The notes: a model not told the origin generated them from the letters alone. 64,000 bases of DNA from Anaerolineaceae bacterium (GCA_041910365.1 JAYRQY010000108.1:1799-65798); one strand, 5' to 3'. Positions 39,201 through 47,938 are shown, counted from the first letter of the stretch. Numbers and translations are program-made.

Positions 39201-41378
39201 TTATGGGGTCGAGGTCTCGGTTGGTGACGGCGTCTTGGTGAGGTAGTAGTCATACTCCCAGGGATAAATGGTCTGCACCTCACCCGTGAAGTACACTTCA
39301 ACCACGCGGCGGAAGATGGGGGCAGCATACACCGAGCCATCCCCGCTGTTCTCAGCAATGACCGCAATGGCGATATCCGGTTTTTCTGCCGAACCCTGGG
39401 CAGTATATCCGGCGAACCAGGCGTGCGGGTCTTCCAGCGATGTGGTGGCGGTGCCCGTCTTGCCAAACACAGGGATCTGCAGACCCCAGAATGCCTTGTA
39501 AGCAGTACCTTTGGGGTCATGCACGACGAGGCGCATACCCGTATGGAGCGCTTCGAGGGTTTCCTGGCTGACCGGCAGTGTGCCGCGCACCTGCGGAGCA
39601 AAAGACTCGATGATCGTACCGTCAATACTGGTGACCGATTCGATGATCTGCGGGCGGTACAGGATGCCGCCGTTGCCGATGGCGGCGATGAAATCAACCA
39701 CCTGCAGCGGGGTCACCAGCATATCCCCCTGCCCAATGCCCATCTGCACGGCTGCGCCTTCAGTGGCGGGGTCGGTGATCACTCCCTCATCTTCAGCCAC
39801 GGCGCCAATCCCGGTCGCTGTACCCAGCCCAAAGCCGCGCGCCATATCTGCCAGGTAACTGGCGCTTTTCTGGCGGTAGAGATCCAGCCCAAGGTGATAA
39901 AACCACGGGTTGCAAGAGCGCATGATCCCCTCAAGCAAGGTCAGGTTGCCCGATGGCGGCAGACCCTTGGTGTAAGTCCAGTCATCCCCCACGAACCCTT
40001 CCAGCTCGGTATATTGGCTGGTGCATTCAAAAGTGGAGGATGTTTCATAAAGCCCTGATTCCAGCGCTGCTGAAGCGGTGACCAGTTTGAACACAGACCC
40101 GAGCGGGTAGGAAGCCTGTGCTGCCCGGTTTAAGAGCGGGCTTTCAGAGTCGTTCACCAGGTCGCCCAAAACAAACTGGCTGTTGTAATTGTCGGTTTGG
40201 AATACATTGGGGTCAAAACCGGGTGAAGAAGCCATAGCCAATATGCGCCCGGTATCGCGTTCCATCACCACCACCGCGCCGGTGAACCCAAGCAGGGCTT
40301 TTTGCACCAGCAACTGGAATTGCTTGTCGATGGTGGTTGTGATCGTGTAGGCTGCCTGCGGGTCGGAGTGCGCCAGGCGGGTGGAGTTGGTGCCGTCCGG
40401 CTGCACCACGTACAGATCCGCGCTGGGCTTGCCAGCCAGGTATTGCTCGCCCCATTTTTCGAGCCCGGCTGCACCGATCATTTCATCCCCGGCATAGCCC
40501 ATGCGGCGGTATTCATCCAATTGCTCGGGTGAAATGAACTTCATGTACCCCAGCACCTGCGGCGCAGCACCGCCGTTGAAATAATAGCGGGAGGTATAGG
40601 GATTGGTCACCAGCCCATTGAGTGTATCCAGGTATGCCGCCCGGTCATCGTAGCCTTGCTTTGAAACTTCCCCGATCGGCACATACCAGTCTGCCCCGGC
40701 ATCACGGTACATATCCTTGATGACATTCTTGGGCTTATTGGTCATTTCCGAGAGCATGGTCAGCAGCAATCCCTCCTGGCTGCTGTAGATCTGCCCCGGC
40801 CACACGCCCAGAGCAACTGCCTCGGTTTGCGTGGCAAGCGTATTGCCATTGTGGTCATTAATATCGCCGCGGGCAGGTTGTTCAATGTAAAGTGCCAGCC
40901 TGTTACCGCCTGCCAGTTCCGGCAGGATGAGGCCGTCTTCCCATTGCACCTTCCACTCCCCTTTTACCAGCACAAGGGTCATTTCCATCTGGCGCTGGAG
41001 AGCACCGAACAGGGAGGTCTCGAAATTCGCCTGGTAGCTGATGTTGGCCGAGGTGGGTTCGATGAGGGTGGAGAGGATGCCCACGGTCAGCGTGTGGAGC
41101 GAGAGGCTTTGGGCAACGTTGGTGTATTTGGCAATAAAGTCTTCCTGGCTGATGGCATCGCGGCTGGTGGGCGAGAGCAGTTCGTACATTCCGGCGTAAT
41201 CGCTGCCTTCCCATTTGGTAAAGAAGTCGTCCGCGGTAGCGGCGACATCCGGCACGCTTGTGGTCTTCACCACCGGGGTGGGCAGTTCGCTGCCCGGCGT
41301 GGATTCCGGTGTTTTTGTGCCGTTATTGCACGCGGCAAGCAGGAAGAAGACAACGATCACTATCCAGAGTTTTTTCAT
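39201..41378 (-). CDS. Penicillin-binding protein, class B transpeptidase with N-terminal NTF2-like domain; lipoprotein
   Basis: Lipobox LLAACN. SxxK (SVFK), SxN (SCN) and KTGT motifs. Start at MKKLWIVIVV, preceded by GGGAGG. Confidence 0.88.
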   Translation of the reverse strand: MKKLWIVIVVFFLLAACNNGTKTPESTPGSELPTPVVKTTSVPDVAATADDFFTKWEGSDYAGMYELLSPTSRDAISQEDFIAKYTNVAQSLSLHTLTVGILSTLIEPTSANISYQANFETSLFGALQRQMEMTLVLVKGEWKVQWEDGLILPELAGGNRLALYIEQPARGDINDHNGNTLATQTEAVALGVWPGQIYSSQEGLLLTMLSEMTNKPKNVIKDMYRDAGADWYVPIGEVSKQGYDDRAAYLDTLNGLVTNPYTSRYYFNGGAAPQVLGYMKFISPEQLDEYRRMGYAGDEMIGAAGLEKWGEQYLAGKPSADLYVVQPDGTNSTRLAHSDPQAAYTITTTIDKQFQLLVQKALLGFTGAVVVMERDTGRILAMASSPGFDPNVFQTDNYNSQFVLGDLVNDSESPLLNRAAQASYPLGSVFKLVTASAALESGLYETSSTFECTSQYTELEGFVGDDWTYTKGLPPSGNLTLLEGIMRSCNPWFYHLGLDLYRQKSASYLADMARGFGLGTATGIGAVAEDEGVITDPATEGAAVQMGIGQGDMLVTPLQVVDFIAAIGNGGILYRPQIIESVTSIDGTIIESFAPQVRGTLPVSQETLEALHTGMRLVVHDPKGTAYKAFWGLQIPVFGKTGTATTSLEDPHAWFAGYTAQGSAEKPDIAIAVIAENSGDGSVYAAPIFRRVVEVYFTGEVQTIYPWEYDYYLTKTPSPTETSTP

Positions 41379-41403
41379 AACATTCCTCCCGGATAATCCC
41401 GGG

Positions 41404-42072
41404 TCAACCGACATCCTCGCCATTCAACACCAGTTTATAGATCGGGCAGGCATAGGAGAGGGCATTTTGGCATTGGAAGGGAATCTCGCGGCGCTCGCCG
41501 AAGCCCATTTTGCGCAATGTGCGCTCCACGTGGCATAGCGGCAGTCCCATCACGCTGGCATAACAACCAGCGAACTTGACCACCGGCCGGAACTGCGGGT
41601 GCTGGATGGCATACGCACCGGCTTTATCCAGCGGGTCACCCGTTGCCAGGTAGGATTCCACTTCTTCATTTGTATATCGGCGCATATGCACCGGGGTGGA
41701 ACAGGTGGTTGAAAAAAGGATGCCCTTGGAAGGGATCATCAATATAATGGCGGTATGCACCGCATGCATGCGCCCGCGCAGCTGAAGCAGCATCCGCCGC
41801 GCATCATCGGCATCCCTGGGCTTCCCCAGGATCTCCTCGTCATCCACCACGATGGTATCTGCAGCCAGCACCAACCCGTTGAAAGGCGCGAAATTGGCAC
41901 AGGCGCGCCCCTTGGTTTCAGCCAGGCGCAGTACATAATCCAGCGGAGCCTCCCCGGCTTTCGGCGTTTCATCAATGTCGGCAGCATGGGTGCTAAAGCG
42001 CAGCCCCGTCCAGCCCAGGATCTCTTTCCGGCGTGGCGAGTTGGAAGCAAGCACAATTTCGGGAAGATTCAT
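41404..42072 (-). CDS. maf: Maf-like nucleoside triphosphate pyrophosphatase with a C-terminal extension of about 30 aa
   Basis: LASNSPRRKEIL N-terminal motif and GAYAIQ motif. The tail after GLPL carries three Cys residues. Confidence 0.85.
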   Translation of the reverse strand: MNLPEIVLASNSPRRKEILGWTGLRFSTHAADIDETPKAGEAPLDYVLRLAETKGRACANFAPFNGLVLAADTIVVDDEEILGKPRDADDARRMLLQLRGRMHAVHTAIILMIPSKGILFSTTCSTPVHMRRYTNEEVESYLATGDPLDKAGAYAIQHPQFRPVVKFAGCYASVMGLPLCHVERTLRKMGFGERREIPFQCQNALSYACPIYKLVLNGEDVG

Positions 42073-42165
42073 GGTGATAATTCTAACACACCCGAACTTG
42101 GGGCTTTGGCACCTGCATAATCCGGCAGGTTTTGGGTAAAATAGGGTATCCGAATGGGAGGCAAA

Positions 42166-42747
42166 ATGAACCAGTTACAATCGAGGATCATGCAGGAAGG
42201 CAGGAATCTCGGCAGCGGCATCCTCAAAGTGGATGGGCTCATCAACCACCAGGTAGACCCGGCGCTGATGCAGGAATGCGGCCGCGACCTGGCCGAGCAG
42301 TTTGCGGCAACCGGCGCAACCCGCATCCTCACCGCCGAAATATCCGGCATCGCCCCGGCATTAATGACCGCCTTGTACATGAAACTCCCCGTGGTGTATG
42401 CCCGCAAGACGCGCCCCATCACCATGCCGGATACCGTTTACCTGACCATTGCCCCCTCCCACACCAAGGGCCGCAACGTGGAGTTGATCGTATCGCCGGA
42501 ATACCTGCAGCGTGATGAACGGGTGATCATCATTGACGATTTCCTCGCCACCGGAGCAACCATCCTCGGCCTGGTGCGCCTCGCCGAAGCCGCCGGTGCC
42601 AAAGTGTGCGGCATCGGCACCCTCATCGAAAAAACATTTGAAGGCGGGCGGGATGCCCTGTCCTATCTCGGCGTGCCAATCGTCAGCCTGGTGCGCATCA
42701 CCAGTATGAAAGATGGCCGGATTGAGTTTGCCAATGGCGCCGCCTGA
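42166..42747 (+). CDS. xpt: Xanthine phosphoribosyltransferase
   Basis: [14 protein letters not shown] and the PRPP loop [13 protein letters not shown]. Start at MNQLQSRI, preceded by GGGAGG. Confidence 0.88.
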   Translation: MNQLQSRIMQEGRNLGSGILKVDGLINHQVDPALMQECGRDLAEQFAATGATRILTAEISGIAPALMTALYMKLPVVYARKTRPITMPDTVYLTIAPSHTKGRNVELIVSPEYLQRDERVIIIDDFLATGATILGLVRLAEAAGAKVCGIGTLIEKTFEGGRDALSYLGVPIVSLVRITSMKDGRIEFANGAA

Positions 42748-44303
42748 TGAACAACAGCATTGCAATTATTGATTTCGGTTCGCAGTACACCCAGTTGATC
42801 GCCCGCAGGGTGCGTGAGCTGCAGGTGTACTGTGAGATCTTCGCCTGGGACGCCCCGGAAGCGCTTCTTAAGGAATTCGATCCCTCTGGTTTCATCCTCT
42901 CCGGCGGTCCGGCATCGGTTTATGATCCCGGGGCTCCGGTTCTGCAGCCTTCCATCCTCAACAGCCGCCTGCCAATCCTCGGCATCTGCTACGGGATGCA
43001 GGTGCTGGTGCACGCCCTGGGGGGCAGGGTCGAAGCCTCCGACTCCCGCGAATACGGCCTGGCGCAACTCAACGTCAAATCCGCAAACCCGCTCCTCCCA
43101 TCCGGAACCCAACCGGTGTGGATGTCTCATGGCGACCGCGTGGAAAAACTCCCCGCCGGTTTTCGCGCCATTGCCGCTTCACCCAACAGCCCGATGGCAA
43201 CTATGATGGATGAGACCCGGCAGATTTTCGGTTTGCAGTTTCACCCGGAGGTACGGCATACCCCGCGCGGGCAGGAACTGCTCACCAATTTTGTTTTCAA
43301 GGTCTGCGGCTGCCAGCCCACCTGGACGCCTGAAAACATCATCCGCCAGGCGGTAACAGCCATCCAGGCACAAGTCGGGGTGGATCGGGTGATTGCCGCG
43401 GTCAGCGGCGGCGTGGATTCCACGGTTGCCACAGCCCTGGTTCACCAGGCAGTGGGAGACAAACTGGACGCCGTGTTCGTGGATACCGGGCTCATGCGCC
43501 AGGGCGAACCCCTGCAGATCGTCTCAACCTTCCGCGACGTGTTCAAGGTTCACCTTCACCCGGTGAATGCCGGCGAGGAATTTTTATCCGCTCTCAGCAG
43601 CGTCACCGATCCCGAAAAGAAGCGCAAGATCATCGGGTCACTGTTCATCAACCTTTTTGACCAGCAAGCGCAAAGGCTTGGCAATCCCCCCTTCCTGGTG
43701 CAGGGAACCATCTACCCGGATGTGGTGGAATCCTCCGCCACCGTTCAGGGGAAAGCCGAGCGCATCAAATCGCATCACAACGTGGGCGGATTGCCGGAGA
43801 ACATGCGCTTTCAACTGGTGGAGCCGCTGCGCAACCTGTTCAAGGATGAGGTGCGCAAGATCGGCGAAACCCTGGGCATCCCGGAGGCGCTGGTGTGGCG
43901 CCAGCCCTTCCCTGGACCCGGGCTTGCCGTCCGCTGCCTGGGCGAAGTGACTCCGGCGCGGGTTGAGCGCCTGCGCCAGGCAGACGCCATATTTATTGAG
44001 GAGCTCACCGCTGCCGGCATCCTCAACCGGAAGACCAACATAAGTCACGCGGTCATCTCCCAGGCGTTTGCCGCGCTGCTGCCCGTGAAGGCGGTGGGGG
44101 TGATGGGCGATAAACGTACCTATGCCGAGGTGGTTGCCCTGCGCGCCGTCACCACCGAAGATTTCATGACCGCCGATTGGGCCGTGATCCCGCCCGACCT
44201 GCTCGCCCGCGTTTCCACGCGCATTGTCAACGAGGTGCAGGGGGTCAACCGCGTGGTGTACGACATCACCAGCAAACCGCCTGCCACGGTGGAATGGGAA
44301 TAG
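42747..44303 (+). CDS. guaA: GMP synthase (glutamine-hydrolysing)
   Basis: GATase domain (GICYGMQ), PP-loop SGGVDS, and a C-terminal dimerisation domain ending VEWE. Confidence 0.95.
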   Translation: MNNSIAIIDFGSQYTQLIARRVRELQVYCEIFAWDAPEALLKEFDPSGFILSGGPASVYDPGAPVLQPSILNSRLPILGICYGMQVLVHALGGRVEASDSREYGLAQLNVKSANPLLPSGTQPVWMSHGDRVEKLPAGFRAIAASPNSPMATMMDETRQIFGLQFHPEVRHTPRGQELLTNFVFKVCGCQPTWTPENIIRQAVTAIQAQVGVDRVIAAVSGGVDSTVATALVHQAVGDKLDAVFVDTGLMRQGEPLQIVSTFRDVFKVHLHPVNAGEEFLSALSSVTDPEKKRKIIGSLFINLFDQQAQRLGNPPFLVQGTIYPDVVESSATVQGKAERIKSHHNVGGLPENMRFQLVEPLRNLFKDEVRKIGETLGIPEALVWRQPFPGPGLAVRCLGEVTPARVERLRQADAIFIEELTAAGILNRKTNISHAVISQAFAALLPVKAVGVMGDKRTYAEVVALRAVTTEDFMTADWAVIPPDLLARVSTRIVNEVQGVNRVVYDITSKPPATVEWE

Positions 44304-44372
44304 TCTGCGCTCCTGGCAGGCGACAATGCCCGCGGGAAAACCCGGTCGTTTTGCCTTACAATTGATGTTGCG

Positions 44373-46286
44373 ATGAAACACACGTATCGGCTGCTTTCCA
44401 GGATGATCCCTATGCTCCTGCTCGTTGGAGTGCTGTCGGGATTGGCCATCAAGCCCGCCAGCGCTGAAACGCGCAACCAGATCACCATTGCCAACCTGGA
44501 TACCTCCCAATTCCCCAACATCAGTTTTTACTTCTGGGCATTCGACAACAGCGGCGCATTCATCAAGGACATCAATAACAGCGAGCTGCATATCCTCGAG
44601 AACAGCACGGTGCTGGCAGCAGACAGCATTGAGATGCTGGAACCCGGCGTTCGTTTTATCACCGTGATCAATGAAGGACCCACCCTGGCCAACCGGTATG
44701 AAATGGTTGCGCGCCTCGATCGCATCAAGGAAGCCCTGGTGAAGTGGGCACAGGCGCAGCCTGCCACCAGCATGGATGATTTCAGCCTGGTCAACAACCA
44801 GGGAACCATCGCCTTCAATCAATCCAATCCGTCAGATTGGGTCAACACCCTCAACGCTTACCAGCCTGAATTAAAGCAGGCAACCCCCGGACTGGCAGGT
44901 CTTTCTTCTGCCATCGACCAGGCGCTCGGAACCAGCGGCGCCACGCGCAAGACCCCTGCCATCCTGTACATCACGCCCCTTCCGGATGCCAGCCAAATGG
45001 AGGGGTTGCGTGATTTGCTATCGCGGGCAGCCTCGGCTCAAATTCGGCTCTTCGTCTGGCTGGTCGGACCGCAGACCTACGCCAAAGAAGAGGCTGCCCA
45101 GGTTTTACAGCAGGCAGCAGAGGGGACCAACGGGGAATTTCTTATCTTCTCCGGGGCTGAAGAACTGCCGGATATCTCCGCCTACCTGGATCCGCTGCGC
45201 TACGTCTATAAGGTTTCTTACACTTCGGCGATCAAGGCGGGCAGGAACCATACCCTCACGCTGCAGGTGCGCCGCCAATCGGTAACGCTGGACTCCCAGG
45301 CGCTCGCTTTCACCCTCAACGTCCAGGCTCCCAAACCCATCTTCCTTTCTCCCCCGGCGGTGATCACCCGTTCCTGGGTGGAGACTGAGAAAAAGGGGGA
45401 GTATCTGCTCTCTCCGGATTCTGTGGCGATCAGCTACATTCTGGAGTACCCGGACAACTTCAAACGGGACCTGGTTTACGCACGGCTTTTTGTGGATGGA
45501 AAACTGGTCGACGAAATTACCTCCCCTCCCTTCGATGTCTTTGAATGGGACATCAGCCAGGTGACTGCCTCCAACACCTTTGAAATAAAAATGACCATCC
45601 AGGATCAGGTTGGTCTCAAGGGAGAAACCATCAACGTTCCAGTGGAAGTTGTGGTGGAGGAGAAACCCCTCACCTGGTTCCAGGCGCTCACCAAACGCTT
45701 CAGCCTACTGACGATCATCCCCATTGCGTTGGTGGTAACCGCTGGCGTCCTCATCATTCTCATCGGGATGAAGATCGTCAAGCGCAATATGGTGGAACGC
45801 TCCGCCCGGTCGCATCGCCTGCAGGATCCGGTGACCCAGCCGGTGGAGATTGCCGGAGAAACGGTGATCCATGCGGTCAAAGTGGAATCACCGGGTTCCT
45901 GGCCGCGCCTGCCTGGAGGAGCACCGGCACTGGCGCGCCTGGTGCTGCTTTCCAGCGGTAAACCTGAGACAATGGTCTTTCACGAAATCCCGTTGGGTGA
46001 ATTCGCCCTGACGCTCGGCAGCGATGCCACCCGGGCGAAAGCCCTGCTGAACTACCCGCTGGTCAGCCCGCTGCATGCGCGTATTTTCATGGATGAAGAG
46101 AACAACTTCCGCGTTGCGGATGAGGGATCTGCTGCAGGCACGTGGTTGAATTATGCCCCGGTGAGCAAGAACGGCGCCCGCCTGGTGCACGGGGATGTGG
46201 TGCAATTTGGCAAGGCAGCCTTCCGCTTTGAACAACTGGGTGCCGAAACAAAGAAGCTCAAGGTCGTCCCCATCGGGGATGAGTAA
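44373..46286 (+). CDS. Single-pass membrane protein: signal peptide, large extracytoplasmic region (possibly vWA-like + Ig-like), TM helix, cytoplasmic C-terminal FHA domain
   Basis: FHA-like C-terminus (LTLGSDATRA..LVSPLHARI..FRVADEGSAAGTWLN..VVQFG). TM helix LLTIIPIALVVTAGVLIILIG. The assignment of the N-terminal region is weak. Confidence 0.7.
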   Translation: MKHTYRLLSRMIPMLLLVGVLSGLAIKPASAETRNQITIANLDTSQFPNISFYFWAFDNSGAFIKDINNSELHILENSTVLAADSIEMLEPGVRFITVINEGPTLANRYEMVARLDRIKEALVKWAQAQPATSMDDFSLVNNQGTIAFNQSNPSDWVNTLNAYQPELKQATPGLAGLSSAIDQALGTSGATRKTPAILYITPLPDASQMEGLRDLLSRAASAQIRLFVWLVGPQTYAKEEAAQVLQQAAEGTNGEFLIFSGAEELPDISAYLDPLRYVYKVSYTSAIKAGRNHTLTLQVRRQSVTLDSQALAFTLNVQAPKPIFLSPPAVITRSWVETEKKGEYLLSPDSVAISYILEYPDNFKRDLVYARLFVDGKLVDEITSPPFDVFEWDISQVTASNTFEIKMTIQDQVGLKGETINVPVEVVVEEKPLTWFQALTKRFSLLTIIPIALVVTAGVLIILIGMKIVKRNMVERSARSHRLQDPVTQPVEIAGETVIHAVKVESPGSWPRLPGGAPALARLVLLSSGKPETMVFHEIPLGEFALTLGSDATRAKALLNYPLVSPLHARIFMDEENNFRVADEGSAAGTWLNYAPVSKNGARLVHGDVVQFGKAAFRFEQLGAETKKLKVVPIGDE

Positions 46287-46405
46287 CGATCCGTTTTTTA
46301 GTAATTGAAATCCGTAAGGATTCCAGCCGCCCGTGCCTGCTCTCTGCGGCTTCTGCCGAGGTCTCAAGATTCCTCCAGGTTCGGAGAGTATTATATAATG
46401 CATCC

Positions 46406-47011
46406 ATGCAACAAACCCCCACCAAGAGCCTGCCGGAGAATTACCGCCCTTACCGCGAACTGTCCCTGCTGGACCGCAGGAGCCTGATCCTGGTGAATCT
46501 GTGGGGAGTTGTCATTTTTGTGTTTGGCGCGCTGTTCTTTCCCAGGCTGGCCTACTGGCTGCGCATGCCGGGTGAGTCGGGAGCGGGATCAATACTCGGC
46601 GGATCCACAAGCATTGCAGGATTCATCGTTATGTTGCTGGCAGTCACGGCGGTGATGCTGGTGGTGCACGAAGGGCTGCACGGGTTGTTCTTCTGGTATT
46701 TCACCCGGGAGCGGCCCAGGTTTGCCTTCAAGGGATACTATGCCTATGCTGCCATGCCCGATTGGTACCTGCCGCGGCGCGAGTATCTTGCTTCCGCCCT
46801 GGCGCCGCTGGTGGGGATAACGGTGCTAAGCGTGCTGGGGCTGGTGCTGCTGTCGGGCTGGGCAGATGCGCCGCTGGTGTGGCTGCTGGTGCTGAATACC
46901 AGCGGAGCGGTGGGAGACATGTGGATCGTGCTGGCATTGCTGCGCGCACCGGCGGGGGTATTGGGGCGCGACTGCGGGGATTCTTCAGAATTATTCGTGC
47001 CGGGTAATTAA
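46406..47011 (+). CDS. DUF3267-like membrane protein with HExxH motif (putative zincin peptidase)
   Basis: Four hydrophobic helices and a HEGLH motif at the end of a helix. TATAAT lies 6 nt upstream of the ATG. Confidence 0.6.
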   Translation: MQQTPTKSLPENYRPYRELSLLDRRSLILVNLWGVVIFVFGALFFPRLAYWLRMPGESGAGSILGGSTSIAGFIVMLLAVTAVMLVVHEGLHGLFFWYFTRERPRFAFKGYYAYAAMPDWYLPRREYLASALAPLVGITVLSVLGLVLLSGWADAPLVWLLVLNTSGAVGDMWIVLALLRAPAGVLGRDCGDSSELFVPGN

Positions 47012-47014
47012 TCT

Positions 47015-47222
47015 CTCACCAAGGCACAAAGCCCACAAAGAAAACCTGCCTAAGCTTCCCTATGTGTAAGTTGCTTTTATGTAAACCGGTAAACCTTAGC
47101 TCACCAAGGCACAAAGCCCACAAAGAAAACCTGCCTAAGCTTCCCTATGTGTAAGTTGCTTTTATGTAAACCGGTAAACCTTAGCTCACCAAGCCACAAA
47201 GCCCACAAAGAAAACTTGCTTT
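47015..47222. repeat. Tandem direct repeat: two full 85-bp units plus a partial third copy of about 38 bp
   Basis: Units at 47015-47099 and 47100-47184 appear identical. The third copy, from 47185, diverges after about 35 nt. Each unit contains CACAAAG x2 and GTAAACC x2. Confidence 0.9.
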
Positions 47223-47257
47223 ATCTTGCCCTCATATGATGCGCCTTTGTGTTTTTA

Positions 47258-47328
47258 TTTCTTTGTGTCTTTGTGCCTCGCGGTTTTTGCGCCCCTAAGC
47301 GCTTTTTGCGAATGGGGTTGTGAGAGAC
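47258..47328. repeat. Inverted copy of the repeat-unit head, split by a GC-rich hairpin-containing segment of about 40 nt
   Basis: 47258-47278 (TTTCTTTGTGTCTTTGTGCCT) and 47319-47328 (TGTGAGAGAC region) together match the reverse complement of 47011-47043. The 47279-47318 segment lies between them. Confidence 0.6.
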
Positions 47329-47353
47329 GTCTTTATGTTATTCTATTCACCTT

Positions 47354-47377
47354 ATCTCACCAAGGCACAAAGCCCAC
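47354..47377. repeat. Fourth direct copy of the repeat-unit head (ATCTCACCAAGGCACAAAGCCCAC)
   Basis: Matches 47011-47036 apart from a 2-nt deletion. Confidence 0.8.
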
Positions 47378-47400
47378 TGTTCGTTCCAATTAAATCTATC

Positions 47401-47428
47401 GTAGGGGCGATTCATGAATCGCCCCTAC
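47401..47428. repeat. Perfect 28-nt palindrome (GC-rich hairpin element), followed by TTTGTGAGAGACG
   Basis: GTAGGGGCGATTCATGAATCGCCCCTAC equals its own reverse complement. The same TTGTGAGAGACG tail follows the hairpin-like segment at 47289-47317. Confidence 0.9.
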
Positions 47429-47451
47429 TTTGTGAGAGACGCCTCAAAATC

Positions 47452-47480
47452 TTTACCGTCAATGTCAACCATGATAAAAT
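47452..47480 (+). promoter_or_regulatory. Candidate promoter for the tRNA-Ser pair
   Basis: TTTACC-17 nt (ending TGa)-TAAAAT, about 20 nt upstream of the first tRNA. Confidence 0.5.
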
Positions 47481-47501
47481 GACACTCCCTGCGGGAAAAA
47501 C

Positions 47502-47589
47502 GGAAGGGTGGCCGAGCGGTTTAAGGCGCCTGTCTTGAAAACAGGTTTGGCGAAAGTCAACGTGGGTTCGAATCCCTCCCCTTCCGCCA
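47502..47589 (+). tRNA. tRNA-Ser (anticodon TGA), long variable arm, CCA encoded
   Basis: Acceptor GGAAGGG/CCCTTCC, anticodon stem-loop CCTGT-CTTGAAA-ACAGG, variable arm TTGGC-GAAA-GTCAA, T loop TTCGAAT. There is one T-T mismatch in the T stem. Confidence 0.85.
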
Positions 47590-47619
47590 AATTTTACAGC
47601 AGCGGACAATTGAATACCC

Positions 47620-47712
47620 GGGGAGGTGCCGGAGTGGCCGAACGGGATCGCCTGCTAAGTGATTGTCGGGCTTTAAACTCGACCGAGGGTTCGAATCCCT
47701 CCCTCCCCGCCA
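47620..47712 (+). tRNA. tRNA-Ser (anticodon GCT), long variable arm, CCA encoded
   Basis: Acceptor GGGGAGG/CCTCCCC, anticodon stem-loop ATCGC-CTGCTAA-GTGAT, T arm GAGGG-TTCGAAT-CCCTC. Confidence 0.88.
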
Positions 47713-47731
47713 GGCTGTTGAATGACAAATT

Positions 47732-47752
47732 AATTGGCTTTGCCAATTTTTT
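47732..47752 (+). terminator. Rho-independent terminator after the tRNA-Ser pair
   Basis: AATTGGC-TTT-GCCAATT followed by TTTT. Confidence 0.6.
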
Positions 47753-47899
47753 GATTTAATGGCATATTGATTTACCAATGCCTGGTGGGGTGCAATAATC
47801 GTGACCCCGCACTTTTTTAATTTCAGGATGCACAGATCGCGACCGGTCGCCGCTACCCAATTCATCATAGCTTCTCCATCCAGCATTTGCCATAACCGC

Positions 47900-47928
47900 T
47901 TGAAATTTATTATAAATGTGAGTACAAT
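47900..47928 (+). promoter_or_regulatory. Sigma70-type promoter of the TetR/ABC exporter operon
   Basis: TTGAAA-17 nt-TACAAT. Confidence 0.55.
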
Positions 47929-47938
47929 GCTCAATAAG

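Noticed and set aside
42073-42165. Purine riboswitch upstream of xpt, as in Firmicutes
   Set aside because: Only about 93 nt separate maf and xpt. I could not find the conserved purine-aptamer junction and loop sequences (UAUAAU, GUUUCUACC, CCGACUA-type).
43638-44822. 394-aa minus-strand ORF spanning the 3' end of guaA, the intergenic spacer and the 5' end of the FHA-protein gene
   Set aside because: It is antisense to two strongly supported genes. Its composition is Arg/Gly/His/Pro-rich and it has no recognisable motif or ribosome-binding site. This is typical of shadow ORFs in GC-rich DNA.
47015-47222. Possible CRISPR array
   Set aside because: The repeats are 85 bp and directly abutting, with no unique spacers. 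No cas genes are present in the window.
47012-47760. Integrated mobile element using the tRNA-Ser genes as attachment site
   Set aside because: No integrase, excisionase or phage/ICE genes flank the tRNAs. The repeats lie upstream of the tRNAs and do not duplicate a tRNA 3' end.
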